Shown here piece by piece: positions 1 to 10,419 of a stretch of DNA of 64,000 bases. Below the pieces are notes generated by a model. That model was not told where the DNA came from, searched no databases, and was given only the letters and a program-made list of their open reading frames with translations. A program made the translations under genes and the position numbers. Every line of letters begins with the position of its first letter. Within the stretch, counting starts at the first letter, position 1. This stretch comes from a virus: IMG/VR virus record IMGVR_UViG_3300023181_000029, positions 14,595-78,594 of that record. One strand, 5' to 3'.

Positions 1-2
1 TA

Positions 3-485
3 GGGTTTGACGCTGATAAAATACTATCCTACGTTATATTCCTAATAGATGACAATTCGCCGTTCTTTAAAGTAGAGGATTTCGCGCAAAGGCACCGATT
101 GGCCGCGCAGCAAGCCGGACTAAAGGAAACCGACATTGAAAAGCTGGATATAAAGAGTAACGTTGCCCTTAATTCGATATTCTCAGGCTATCTGCGGGTA
201 GTAAACAGCGATGACTTTACGTTGTGGTTTTCTTTAAAGCAGAACTTCTACAACAACACTGAAATGATACGCGATGCTACACTTGAGGGCAACGACCCCG
301 TAATGGCGGTAAAGCGTAAACAGGAAATAGGCATAGCGCTTAAAGATTCCCTGAACACAATCCGCGACCTAGAGGCTAGATTGTTTAAGGACGAAAGAAT
401 AAAGGATAGGGTTACGCAATCAGCAATGATAGAAATGGTTAACTGGACAGAACGTTTGGCTGACCCATCAGGCACAGTACATTGA
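3..485 (+). CDS. 5'-truncated protein upstream of terminase (possible small terminase subunit)
   Basis: Frame is open from position 3 (GFDADKILSYVIFL...), upstream of the ORF-track start. Its stop overlaps the TTG start of the large terminase. Function inferred from position only. Confidence 0.5.
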   Translation, partial: GFDADKILSYVIFLIDDNSPFFKVEDFAQRHRLAAQQAGLKETDIEKLDIKSNVALNSIFSGYLRVVNSDDFTLWFSLKQNFYNNTEMIRDATLEGNDPVMAVKRKQEIGIALKDSLNTIRDLEARLFKDERIKDRVTQSAMIEMVNWTERLADPSGTVH

Positions 486-2605
486 GAGAATACACGATTA
501 GTTGGCACCAAGGCTTAACAAAGCAAATCGGCGAGTTTCAGGTTCCTATACCTGACATGCCGGAGCCTAAAGATATTATCAACTACGGACTACCGGCGCA
601 TAAGCAGTTCTTTGTTCGCACTATTATCCCAGAGGATATAATCACACGCACCTGTTCGCTACAAGTTGAAGAAAAGTTTGTTGAGCGAGAATGGCACCGT
701 AGGCGTAACGGCGTATGGATGTATATTAAGGGTGAAGCACATTGGCTCCCCGGCAAGTTCTACTACTTTATGAATTACTGGACGTGCGAGTATGGCGGGT
801 TGCCGCACTTCCGTTTAGTGCAATTAAACGTAGCTCAGTTCTGGGAAATGTGCGTAGCTGATAAAGATTGTTTTGGAATGCTACTCATAAAGCCACGTAG
901 GGTAGGCGGAACAGAATATGCGCTATGTGATACAGCCGAACATACTACTAGGGTAGATGAGGCTAGGGCAGGTATGCAAAATATGACTGACGACGACGCG
1001 AAAGCAGATGTCACGCGTATTAACAAGGCGCTAAAGAAGATGCCTCACTACTTTTTGCCGGTAATGGCAACTCCGTTTACCTCAAAAGATAAAGTGGTGT
1101 TCGACATACCTAGCGAGCGTCAAACTAAAGCAAAATCACAAGAGAAGTTTAAGAGAAGCGCTGAGAATAAGGGTATTAAGGTGCTAGGGTCTGAAATAAT
1201 CATCGAGGCAACAAAAATATCAGGCTTCGACGGTAAACGTTTAACGCGCCACAGGTTAGGTGAGTGCCTAAAAATAGACCCCGCGCGGATGAACATTAAG
1301 ACGCAATGGAATAACGTGCGTATGTGTATCTCGTTAAATAACGGGCAAGATTTAGTAGGTAAGGGCTATTGGGAATCTACAGTAGAGCAGGCGGAGGGCG
1401 GTAAAAACAAAGAACTAACCAACTTAAAGCAGGTTCAAGAATTATGGGAAGAATCAGACCCTATGATTCGCGATAGGAACGGGCGCACATTATCTGGCAT
1501 GTACCGTCTGTTTATTGATGCATCACAAGCCGCCAAAGTGGATGAATACGGATATCCTGAATCAGAGAAAACGGTTAAATTCCTATTGCAGCAATGGGAA
1601 GACTGGACTAAGAAAGGAAAGTTTGACGATGTTTTGATTGACCAGCGCAAAAACCCGCTCACAATAGAACACGCGCTTACTCCAAGTAACGAGCAATGCC
1701 CATTCTTACCTCAGATACTAAAAGAAAGACTAGGCAAGATATTCCAAGGATTAGACTATAGAGGCGAAACTACCGATGTATTTGGGCGCGAAGTAAAAGA
1801 TAAGGTAGGGAAATTTAATCTTATCCGCGAAGGCGGTCAGCAGGATGGTCGGGTTATCGCGGTTCCTGACCCTGAGAATGGACGGTGGGAAATGCTACTA
1901 GGACACCCAGAAGAAACCAACAAATCGACGTTCTCAAACAACGCCAAATATCCTACCAATACCGATAAGTATTGTATGGGCGTTGACCCTTACGATGACG
2001 CTACTACTGCCTCAGTCTATCATAGGTCAAAGGGAGCCTGTGTAGTATTTAGGAAGTTTGATTCATTATTAGATGGCAACAAATACGATGTAGTTCAAAC
2101 TACAGAAGGCGAAATACAAAAACCACTTGCAGGACAGTATGCGTCGTTTATGCCCGTAGCAGTCTATGTGCACAGGCACGACAACCCTAAGCATTTCTAT
2201 GAAGACATGGTAATGACGGCTCAATTCTTTGGATGTGAAATGCTACCTGAAACTAATAAGAAACAAATCATACCATACTTCCAAGAGCGAGGTTACGGTA
2301 GTTACATAATGTATCCACCGGGCTATATGTTAGACGGCAAAACAGTTCGACAGCCGGGGCTTGCATCTTCTACCAACGTAATAGAGGACTACATGCAAAA
2401 AATTCAAGCATACGTATCCGAATATGGCGACGCTATACATTTTGCAACGCTACTGAAAGATTTATTAATGTTCACTCCCGCCACACGTAAAAAGCGGGAT
2501 TTATCAGTAGCATTCGGCTTTGCATTGATAGCCAACTCAAATCTATTTGTTCAGGAACTAGACGACGATATATCAACGTTCACCCTAGACTTCCATACTT
2601 TGTGA
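482..2605 (+). CDS. terL: Terminase large subunit (crAss-like type)
   Basis: Walker A-like LLIKPRRVGGT and GMYRLFI; C-terminal RNase H nuclease motifs MGVDPYD, LPETNK and RDLSVA; 707 aa, directly before the portal. Confidence 0.9.
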   Translation: MREYTISWHQGLTKQIGEFQVPIPDMPEPKDIINYGLPAHKQFFVRTIIPEDIITRTCSLQVEEKFVEREWHRRRNGVWMYIKGEAHWLPGKFYYFMNYWTCEYGGLPHFRLVQLNVAQFWEMCVADKDCFGMLLIKPRRVGGTEYALCDTAEHTTRVDEARAGMQNMTDDDAKADVTRINKALKKMPHYFLPVMATPFTSKDKVVFDIPSERQTKAKSQEKFKRSAENKGIKVLGSEIIIEATKISGFDGKRLTRHRLGECLKIDPARMNIKTQWNNVRMCISLNNGQDLVGKGYWESTVEQAEGGKNKELTNLKQVQELWEESDPMIRDRNGRTLSGMYRLFIDASQAAKVDEYGYPESEKTVKFLLQQWEDWTKKGKFDDVLIDQRKNPLTIEHALTPSNEQCPFLPQILKERLGKIFQGLDYRGETTDVFGREVKDKVGKFNLIREGGQQDGRVIAVPDPENGRWEMLLGHPEETNKSTFSNNAKYPTNTDKYCMGVDPYDDATTASVYHRSKGACVVFRKFDSLLDGNKYDVVQTTEGEIQKPLAGQYASFMPVAVYVHRHDNPKHFYEDMVMTAQFFGCEMLPETNKKQIIPYFQERGYGSYIMYPPGYMLDGKTVRQPGLASSTNVIEDYMQKIQAYVSEYGDAIHFATLLKDLLMFTPATRKKRDLSVAFGFALIANSNLFVQELDDDISTFTLDFHTL

Positions 2606-2646
2606 TGCAATAATATTTTGCATTTATAAAAATATCATTACCTTTA
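2606..2646 (+). promoter_or_regulatory. Bacteroidota-type promoter (TTG...TACCTTTA) with overlapping TGCAA-N7-TTGCA palindrome
   Basis: TTG at 2618-2620, TACCTTTA at 2639-2646, palindrome at 2606-2622; same layout at 26357-26398. Confidence 0.55.
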
Positions 2647-2662
2647 CTGAAATACCTTTAGC

Positions 2663-5170
2663 TTGCCGGATTATTTAGCCAATCAGTTTCTCAATACGTC
2701 TGATTTTATGGGAGGGAACCACCCCTTTCCAGACGAGAATATTGACCCCAAAAAGAAAGGCAAGGATTACTGGTTAAAAGTAGTCTACGCTACTTGGCAC
2801 CTATACCTGAACAACAGGTGCATTGTGCCGTATAATTTCCCGTCAACAGGGTTTGATGATTCGGAATATTCTATAGACGAGCAACGCGCATATGCAACCG
2901 GCAAAATAAACGTCAACAAATACAAGCCATTATTAGCGCAACTATCTAAATCAACGCACCCTGTATTGGCTGGCAAGACCATGATGAATATTTCATGGAG
3001 GCAGGTTCCTATCATTCCTAAGTTCGTAGACATTGCCAAGGGAATGTTTATGCAGATGGATTACGACTTCGACGTTAATTCTGTTGACGCGCGCGACGTA
3101 GAAGAAAAGGAATTGCAAAAGGCGTTCTATAAAGTAGAGCACAATATAGAGTACCGCAAGTTCGTAGCGGGCATGGAAGCATTGGGTGTTCAGGTAAATA
3201 AAGAGGCCAAGGATAAGTTTGAGAGTGAAGCCCAAGTAGACCTAGCAGCAATGATGGGCATGTTTAAGGTAGCTCACGAAGCCGAACTATACACAGCGCT
3301 TAAAGCTACTATGGACGCTAGTTCATGGGACATTATTAAGGATAAGCTGTTTGAGGATTTAATATCTGTTTCCAAGACTGCTACTTGCACATACGTAGAG
3401 CCTAGTACCCAAACAGTAAAAACCCGTTGGGCTGATATACGCAATGTCATCAGCAGGAAGTCTCCGTATGAAGACGGTCGTACTATTGACTGGATAGGCG
3501 AAATAAGATACAATGTAACTATCTCAGAACTTCGTGAGCAATTCAAGGTCGAGGAAACTACATTGCGTAAAATAGTGAAGGACTATTCGCAGATGCGGAA
3601 CTGGAACGCCACCAATATATACAATACAGTATATCAGGGGCAGTCATACGCGCAGAACGGATTCTATAGTTACGATGGATTTGGTGTTGACTTGCTTGAA
3701 CTATACTATATATCCGGTGATACCGAAAAGTACACCGAGGTATACAATAAGAAAAAAGCCAGAACCTCATTCAATAAAGTAGGTAACGATTATCAGGAAA
3801 GCGAGGAAGGCAAGAAAGACGGCAAGAAACTGAGTACCGTTCGCGAGGAAAGACTATATAAGATAGTATGGGTTGTAGGCACTGACATATTAGTAGAATG
3901 CGGATTAGCGCACGATGTACCATATCAGGACGGCAAACCAATGTTGCCTATTCAGGTCTATGATACAAAAACCGTTTCCCTAGTTTCCAGAATGATAGGG
4001 TTTCAGGACGACATAAACCTTGCTACTTATAAATTTAGAAATGCACTAGCTAAAGTGCCGCCACCGCCACGCATGCAAGTAGAGCAACGTTCTATATCGA
4101 ATGTTACGCTTGGCGGCACTAAGATGAAGGAAACGGACGTTATTAATCTGTTCGGAGAATCGGGCTTATTCCTTATGAATAGCCTGAATGACCACCGCCA
4201 ACCGAATAGCGCGACACCCGGCAGACCTGTTACATACTTACAATCAGGTATAGCAGAAGACTTCGGAATGTTTATTCAGACCATAGACCACAACATCAAT
4301 ATGATGCGACTGGTAATAGGCATGAATGAAACCGCTGACGGTTCTACTCAGGGCGAAAGAAAAGCAGTAAGGGTAGCGCAAATGGAAATGAATAGCACTA
4401 ATAATGCTTTGTTTCCTATACAGCGTGGCTATATATCAATCTTTGAGCGCACAATGGACGTTGCTATGTGCAAGTGGCAGATAGTAGCAAGCGGCGGCAA
4501 AGAAATAAAATACAAGGGGCTTAATCAGTCTACTTACGATATTATTAAATTAGGCGCAACACATAGTGCGCGTAATTTCGGCTTAAAGGTTAAAATCCTG
4601 CCGACCAAAGAAGAACTGAAACAATTCTTGGTGAATATCGAGAACATGTACGCAGGTCGCCAACAGACAGGACAAGGCGGTATTAGCTACGAAAAATACA
4701 TCATCCTCACTAGAATAATTCAAACCGGCAACCTAGACCTTGCTCAGTTGATGGCTGTTCAATTGGTCAACAAGCAACGCCAAGAAGACGCAGAAACCAA
4801 AGCGCAGGATGTACAACTAAATGCTGACCAGCAAATACAATCAGCACAAGCCGCCAACGAAATGAAGATGGGCGAAATCCAGATGGAAATCGACCTGCAA
4901 CTCAAGGCTGATATGCAGATGAAAGATTTGGATTTCCAAATGAAAGAACTGGAATCGCAACTTAGAATGCAGGAAATGATTTTGCAAAGTAAACTTGCAA
5001 AAGGCGAAATAGAAACTGTAGAGCAGTTTGAAACTATGCGCACCACTATGAAGTTAGCTATTCAGGAACAGAAGGACGCTTTAATGGCGGCAACTCAAAT
5101 AAAGATAGCTGAAATATCCGCAGCAGCTAAGAAACAAACTGCTAACAAATCGAGCAAGAAAGTTGCGTAA
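2663..5170 (+). CDS. Portal protein
   Basis: 835 aa after terL; ISWRQVPIIPKFVDI and IGMNETADGS segments; long Q/M/E-rich coiled-coil C-terminus typical of podovirus/crAss-like portals. Confidence 0.85.
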   Translation: MPDYLANQFLNTSDFMGGNHPFPDENIDPKKKGKDYWLKVVYATWHLYLNNRCIVPYNFPSTGFDDSEYSIDEQRAYATGKINVNKYKPLLAQLSKSTHPVLAGKTMMNISWRQVPIIPKFVDIAKGMFMQMDYDFDVNSVDARDVEEKELQKAFYKVEHNIEYRKFVAGMEALGVQVNKEAKDKFESEAQVDLAAMMGMFKVAHEAELYTALKATMDASSWDIIKDKLFEDLISVSKTATCTYVEPSTQTVKTRWADIRNVISRKSPYEDGRTIDWIGEIRYNVTISELREQFKVEETTLRKIVKDYSQMRNWNATNIYNTVYQGQSYAQNGFYSYDGFGVDLLELYYISGDTEKYTEVYNKKKARTSFNKVGNDYQESEEGKKDGKKLSTVREERLYKIVWVVGTDILVECGLAHDVPYQDGKPMLPIQVYDTKTVSLVSRMIGFQDDINLATYKFRNALAKVPPPPRMQVEQRSISNVTLGGTKMKETDVINLFGESGLFLMNSLNDHRQPNSATPGRPVTYLQSGIAEDFGMFIQTIDHNINMMRLVIGMNETADGSTQGERKAVRVAQMEMNSTNNALFPIQRGYISIFERTMDVAMCKWQIVASGGKEIKYKGLNQSTYDIIKLGATHSARNFGLKVKILPTKEELKQFLVNIENMYAGRQQTGQGGISYEKYIILTRIIQTGNLDLAQLMAVQLVNKQRQEDAETKAQDVQLNADQQIQSAQAANEMKMGEIQMEIDLQLKADMQMKDLDFQMKELESQLRMQEMILQSKLAKGEIETVEQFETMRTTMKLAIQEQKDALMAATQIKIAEISAAAKKQTANKSSKKVA

Positions 5171-5198
5171 TTCAGAAATTTAAATATACATTTGTATC
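5163..5198 (+). promoter_or_regulatory. Bacteroidota sigma-A promoter, probably leaderless
   Basis: TTG at 5163-5165, 21 nt spacer, TACATTTG at 5187-5194, 4 nt, then ATG at 5199. Confidence 0.6.
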
Positions 5199-6209
5199 AT
5201 GGGAGAAAATAGTGCCACAATGGATTTAGTTGCCGCAGCCGTTCAACGCGCTAGTGGGCAAGAACAATCAGTTCAACAAGAACAGCAGGCTCAAGAAACC
5301 ACGCAAGAACAGTCAGCTACAGAGCAGGCGCAAGAGCAACAAACTACTACTGTTACAGAAAAACAATGGTGGGAATCAGTAGAGAATCCAACAGAGTTCC
5401 TTGAAAACGCTAACAAGTACAAAGAGATAGCCCCAAAGGTTACTGAGTACGAAGAAAAGTTAAAGGGCTACGAAGGGTACGTTAAACCAGCCAACGATTA
5501 TGTAAAAGGATTAAACGACCTTTTATCGAGTGGCGCTGACGAAGGTAAGATACGTGCTTTTCAAAAGGTAAACACGGTAGCTTTCGACAAACTCAACCCC
5601 ATAGATAAGGTTTCGCTTCAATTGCAACTTGATAAAGGTTGGGATGAAGACCGCGTTCAGTATGAGTTGGGCAAAAAATACAGACTTGATCCTGACGTAT
5701 ATACAGAGGATGAAGTAAGTGATTCAAAGCGCCAATTACAATATGACGCTCAGGACGCTGAAAAATTCCTAGGTGACTACAAGAAAAATTTTGAGATACC
5801 AAATCCTGCCAAAGAACAAGAACAACTTGAACTAAGGGCGCAGGAAAATCTCAGGGAACTGGATAAAATAGTGCCGCAGTTTAAGTTTGAAGGAGTAAAA
5901 GTTGGCGACTTAGAATTTAAGCCAACTGACGAATTCAGCCGACAACTGCCGGAAATGACTAAGAATTTAATGATACAGTTTGGGATACCGCCGACCACGG
6001 AGGGTCTTGAAAAGGTTAGACCTGCTGTAGAAGCTGCTTACAAGGCAGCGAGCTTTGAGAATGCCGTAAAACATGCTGCTGACGAAAGGGAAAAAGCTGT
6101 ACGCGCTGAATATAACAACCCGTCTAGGGACAGACGCGGTGAAGAGCAAGGACAGATAACTACCGATAATCAGAAAATAGCACAAGCGATATTGTCAATG
6201 CGTAAGTAG
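5199..6209 (+). CDS. Putative capsid scaffolding/assembly protein
   Basis: Acidic, Q/E-rich helical protein between portal and major capsid gene. Confidence 0.65.
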   Translation: MGENSATMDLVAAAVQRASGQEQSVQQEQQAQETTQEQSATEQAQEQQTTTVTEKQWWESVENPTEFLENANKYKEIAPKVTEYEEKLKGYEGYVKPANDYVKGLNDLLSSGADEGKIRAFQKVNTVAFDKLNPIDKVSLQLQLDKGWDEDRVQYELGKKYRLDPDVYTEDEVSDSKRQLQYDAQDAEKFLGDYKKNFEIPNPAKEQEQLELRAQENLRELDKIVPQFKFEGVKVGDLEFKPTDEFSRQLPEMTKNLMIQFGIPPTTEGLEKVRPAVEAAYKAASFENAVKHAADEREKAVRAEYNNPSRDRRGEEQGQITTDNQKIAQAILSMRK

Positions 6210-6274
6210 GTAATAAGCCAAAACGGGATATTCCCAGATTTTGGGTTTTTAACACATAAAAACCCAACAAAACA

Positions 6275-7729
6275 ATGCCTTATAGTAACAACGTAAACCC
6301 TAACCCCGCAAACTCGCAAGGTGTTAGGCTTCCCGTGGGCACAGTAGGCGGCGGTGCAAACTCCGGCGCGATACTAGATGCTTACGATGAATCAATTTTC
6401 CCTCTTGACAACTTACTACAGTTGTTCCAGCAACACGGCGTAAAGCCCGGCTACCGCATGGCGCTAAAATCAGTAGGGTTCAACCTGCCGGTAAACACGC
6501 TTGGCACAAGTCACTTTGAAACCTCATGGTACAAAAACAACGTAACCGTAGGCTCAATAGTAACCCCTGCCGCCGGTGCTGGTAATGACATGGTAATTGC
6601 TATTGACCCTGATGATATGTGGTCTGTGCCGGTTGCCGGTAATACCCTGAGGTCTTCTTATCCAAAAGAAGGCGATGTGCTAGTATTTGACGCAGGTATA
6701 AACGCCCGTGTTCAATCTAAGAACACATCTGTTAACCCTCACCAACTGACACTTACCCCTGTACTTGCGTCTACTGACCTTGACAGCTACGTGGTTTCTG
6801 GTGGTACTTATTTCATAAGTCACAACTCGAACCCAGAAGGCGCTCAAATGGGTAAAGGCCGTCAAACCCGCGTATTCAAATACACCAACTCTCTAGTAGA
6901 GATACGCGAAGCAGCTTTCACCTCTGGTACTGCGCTAACACTTGGCACTGCGTTCCAGCCTGTGCCGGGTCAGGATGGCACTTTCTTTATGCTAGTACAG
7001 CAACAAACTACCCAACGCTTCGAGGATTCATGCTCGAACGCATTGCTGTTTGGTACTAACTCAAACAACGTGCAAACCGTATCTCCGGGTCTTGGATACA
7101 CCGTTAATGTACCGGATACCGAAGGTCTTGTAACATGGGCTTCATTATATGGTCATGGCGTTCAAACCAATCCGGGTTTCACCACCTTTGCAGATTGGAA
7201 AGAATCGCAGCAAACTATCGTGAACGAGCAAGTACCTACCGATACTTACTTCGCATGGCAAGGAAACAGGGCTTACACAGACGTTATAGACGTTTTGCGT
7301 GATTACCTAGGCGACGTTGACAGGTTCGCAGAAGGCACAGGAAATGACATCGCAGTTAAAGTAGGTTTCAAGTCTATTGAGTACGGCGGCATCAAGTTCA
7401 TGTTCAAGAAACTGCACGAATTTGATGATATTAAAGGTGCAGGTGGCCCCGGCTATCAGTTCACTAACTGGTCAATACTTACACCTAACTATATGGTGGA
7501 GGGACGCGACCAAGCAGGTGCAGCTAAAGCAATGCCGTCTATAGGTTACGTATACCGTTCTTACCAAGGCTACAACCGTGAAAACATCGTAAGGATGCAA
7601 GACGGTACTGGTCTATCTGGCAAAATGGTTAACACTGACCTTGACATGCAGAAAGTAGAGTACAGCGCGAACATCGGCGCTCACTTCGGTTGCCCTAACC
7701 AAGTAATTGTAATGGCACCAAATATTTAA
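6275..7729 (+). CDS. Major capsid protein
   Basis: 484 aa in crAss-like position after the scaffold; ALLFG, TEGL and GFKSIEYGGIKFMFK segments; followed by a strong hairpin. Confidence 0.8.
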   Translation: MPYSNNVNPNPANSQGVRLPVGTVGGGANSGAILDAYDESIFPLDNLLQLFQQHGVKPGYRMALKSVGFNLPVNTLGTSHFETSWYKNNVTVGSIVTPAAGAGNDMVIAIDPDDMWSVPVAGNTLRSSYPKEGDVLVFDAGINARVQSKNTSVNPHQLTLTPVLASTDLDSYVVSGGTYFISHNSNPEGAQMGKGRQTRVFKYTNSLVEIREAAFTSGTALTLGTAFQPVPGQDGTFFMLVQQQTTQRFEDSCSNALLFGTNSNNVQTVSPGLGYTVNVPDTEGLVTWASLYGHGVQTNPGFTTFADWKESQQTIVNEQVPTDTYFAWQGNRAYTDVIDVLRDYLGDVDRFAEGTGNDIAVKVGFKSIEYGGIKFMFKKLHEFDDIKGAGGPGYQFTNWSILTPNYMVEGRDQAGAAKAMPSIGYVYRSYQGYNRENIVRMQDGTGLSGKMVNTDLDMQKVEYSANIGAHFGCPNQVIVMAPNI

Positions 7730-7741
7730 TCAACCAAGGAC

Positions 7742-7763
7742 GGGGCGGCGTAACAACCGCCCC
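7742..7763 (+). terminator. GC-rich hairpin after the major capsid gene (terminator or mRNA stabiliser)
   Basis: GGGGCGG-N8-CCGCCCC; lacks a clear U tract. Confidence 0.5.
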
Positions 7764-7783
7764 TAACCCTTAAAACAAGGACA

Positions 7784-8941
7784 ATGCTATACGTAGATAA
7801 TGTAAAAGTATCAGCTAAAGAGCTGGAAGACAGGTTTAAAGTTACCTTGCCAAAAGCAGAGGTATTGACTTTTGAATTAACTCCAAGAAAGAGGAAATTC
7901 AGCTATGACAACAACGTAGAGGTTCACCCGCCATCAATAAAGATAAGGAGTTATTTTTCTGCTTCTGATAACACGGGTCAATCATGCGAGATTCGTTTTG
8001 CTACTGGTTCACCGGTTCGCAAAAAAGACAGGAATGGTAACGTTGATATGGAGTTCCCAGAGAACTTTATTACGTGGTCTGGAAAGACAATGATATTCGA
8101 CCCTATCCGCGATAGAGAAAGAGTTCTATACTTGTATTTGAATGAGGCTTGCGGTAATAGCCCGTTCTGTGCTAAAAAAGACAAAGCTACTTATGCGATT
8201 AAAGACTTTAACGCAGAGGCAGAACAAGAAAACCTAAAAGACGACTACCTGCTTGACGCACTTACTATTGTTTCTCAATTGAGCGACGAAGACTTGCGTT
8301 TCAGGGCTAAAGGCCTTGATATACATAGCGTGGACAAAATGACCACCGAACAAGTTAAAAGAGAACTTAATACCCGCGCTAAAACTAATCCGTATGAGTT
8401 TATACGATTAATGAAAGGTAAGGAAATAAAAGTTACCGGAATTATCAGGAACGCTATCGACAAGCAAATAGTAATTGTCAAGAAAGTAGACCTGAATGAT
8501 TCATGGGTGTGGAATCACGGGATACAGAAAGGAACGTTTATGTGCGTGGTTAAACCACAACACAGAGGCAAGCCTAGCGTATCACTGATAGAGTTCTTGC
8601 AAACATCTGGCAACGAGGACTGGTACGGTAATATTATGACCGCCAATGCAGAAACTAATACCAGTTCCAATATATCGAAACTGGCTGACATGACACCTGA
8701 TGATGATATTGGCGGTGTTGCTGAGAATATAAGCGACAAAGACCATTACTCTATAGGTATAGCCAAAGGGGTGCTCCAATTGGACGGCAACACGGTATAT
8801 ACCAAAAACAAAGGTAACGGCGAGCGTAAAGATATAATGACGTTCAGCGAAAACGCAAAGACTGAATTTAACAACTTCATCGTTAAGCCTGAAAACGGTA
8901 AAATGATGCGTGAAATAAACCTTAAAATAAGCAAAGCCTAA
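7784..8941 (+). CDS. Conserved virion-module protein after the major capsid gene
   Basis: 385 aa; synteny with the crAss-like capsid block; function not recognised. Confidence 0.5.
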   Translation: MLYVDNVKVSAKELEDRFKVTLPKAEVLTFELTPRKRKFSYDNNVEVHPPSIKIRSYFSASDNTGQSCEIRFATGSPVRKKDRNGNVDMEFPENFITWSGKTMIFDPIRDRERVLYLYLNEACGNSPFCAKKDKATYAIKDFNAEAEQENLKDDYLLDALTIVSQLSDEDLRFRAKGLDIHSVDKMTTEQVKRELNTRAKTNPYEFIRLMKGKEIKVTGIIRNAIDKQIVIVKKVDLNDSWVWNHGIQKGTFMCVVKPQHRGKPSVSLIEFLQTSGNEDWYGNIMTANAETNTSSNISKLADMTPDDDIGGVAENISDKDHYSIGIAKGVLQLDGNTVYTKNKGNGERKDIMTFSENAKTEFNNFIVKPENGKMMREINLKISKA

Positions 8942-10419
8942 TGGCAAACATAATCAGTCTGGATTTTACTGTCACGTTTGACCTCGATACTAACTCAGCC
9001 ACAGTAGGCAAGTTTCTTATCGAGGACATAACGGGTTACGCTGGATTAGGTATAAATACCAACAACGTAATAGGATACTTCGACATAGTGTATCCTGACG
9101 GCACAATAAGGACTGGTTCTTTTGGCTCGCCTGATATTTTAGGCTCTGCTTCATTGGAGTTTAACACCCTTGATATTCCAACGGATATTAACGGGGATTA
9201 TCTTCAAGGGGATTACAGGTTTACATACTACGAGAGAACATCGGGCGGCGTACTGCCCGGTGATTCTCAATTAGCTCAGTCGTTTAAGTTCTGTCCACCA
9301 ATACCTGTGAATGCTAATATATCTGTTACTACGGATTGTATACTGCATAAGATGTCTGTAGTGGATTTAACTATGTACCCGGCAACATCCGTTCAAAGTA
9401 AACTAATAACGCTTACACCGCCGTTAAACACGGGTCAAACTACCGCTACTACTACGGGTTCAAATATTGTTTACCAATTCACGCATACAGGCGTGTATAC
9501 GGTAACGATTCAAAACCAAGTAACCGTAGTAAGTGGTAATTTCACTGTTGTAGGATTATGTGTAGCTACCAAGATGGTACAGGTTGACTGCAACGTCAAT
9601 ATGTGTAAGCTGGTTAACTGCTACAACGATTACATAACGGATGCAGAAGCAGCTATTGCTCAGTACGGCTCGTTAAACAAAATACCTAATAACACTTACT
9701 CTAAGTACGAATTGATAGTAGGCTGGTATATAGGGTTTATTCAATCCTATAATTGCCAGTTATACGACGAAACTACGGCTTACTACAAGAAGCTAATTAA
9801 GGCGCTGAAATGTAATTGCGGTTGTTCTGGAAATGGCACACCTCAGTTGATTAACCCGTTCGGCCAAATCAATACTGGCCCCCCTGGCCCTCAAGGAGCA
9901 ACTGGTGCTACCGGTGCTCAGGGCGCAGCAGGAGCACAAGGACAAGCGGGCGTATCTATTCTTTATAATTCTAACACGGATTCAGGGACAGGGGCTAACA
10001 CCACTAATACGGTGCTCAAAACATATACGCTGCCAGCCGATACTTTGAGTGATAATGGCGATGAGTTGCACATCCGCGCTATATTTAAAGTTGGCCTTAA
10101 TGCCAGCGCTAAAACGATGCAGATATTCTTTGGCGACCTGTTATCTTCTGTAGGAAATCTTAGCGTTAATAACAACAATCTTTTCACTTATCGTTTTGAA
10201 TTTAATTGTGTTGTTTCGCGTCGCGGTGCAGCAACTCAAACGATATTTACGCAGACTATCCTTTATGGACTACCGACAAACACGGTACTGAATCAGTATA
10301 CTGCTACTAACGATTTTACCACTGCTTTAGTAATAAGAGCAACAGGACAGAATGGAACAGCTACAGCAAATGACGTTGTGTGCGAGCAATTAATGGTTGA
10401 ATTACACAAAACAGTATAG
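8941..10419 (+). CDS. Structural protein with Cys-rich segment and short collagen repeat (head fibre or hub-like)
   Basis: CNCGC cluster, [25 protein letters not shown], beta-rich C-terminal domain. Confidence 0.55.
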   Translation: MANIISLDFTVTFDLDTNSATVGKFLIEDITGYAGLGINTNNVIGYFDIVYPDGTIRTGSFGSPDILGSASLEFNTLDIPTDINGDYLQGDYRFTYYERTSGGVLPGDSQLAQSFKFCPPIPVNANISVTTDCILHKMSVVDLTMYPATSVQSKLITLTPPLNTGQTTATTTGSNIVYQFTHTGVYTVTIQNQVTVVSGNFTVVGLCVATKMVQVDCNVNMCKLVNCYNDYITDAEAAIAQYGSLNKIPNNTYSKYELIVGWYIGFIQSYNCQLYDETTAYYKKLIKALKCNCGCSGNGTPQLINPFGQINTGPPGPQGATGATGAQGAAGAQGQAGVSILYNSNTDSGTGANTTNTVLKTYTLPADTLSDNGDELHIRAIFKVGLNASAKTMQIFFGDLLSSVGNLSVNNNNLFTYRFEFNCVVSRRGAATQTIFTQTILYGLPTNTVLNQYTATNDFTTALVIRATGQNGTATANDVVCEQLMVELHKTV

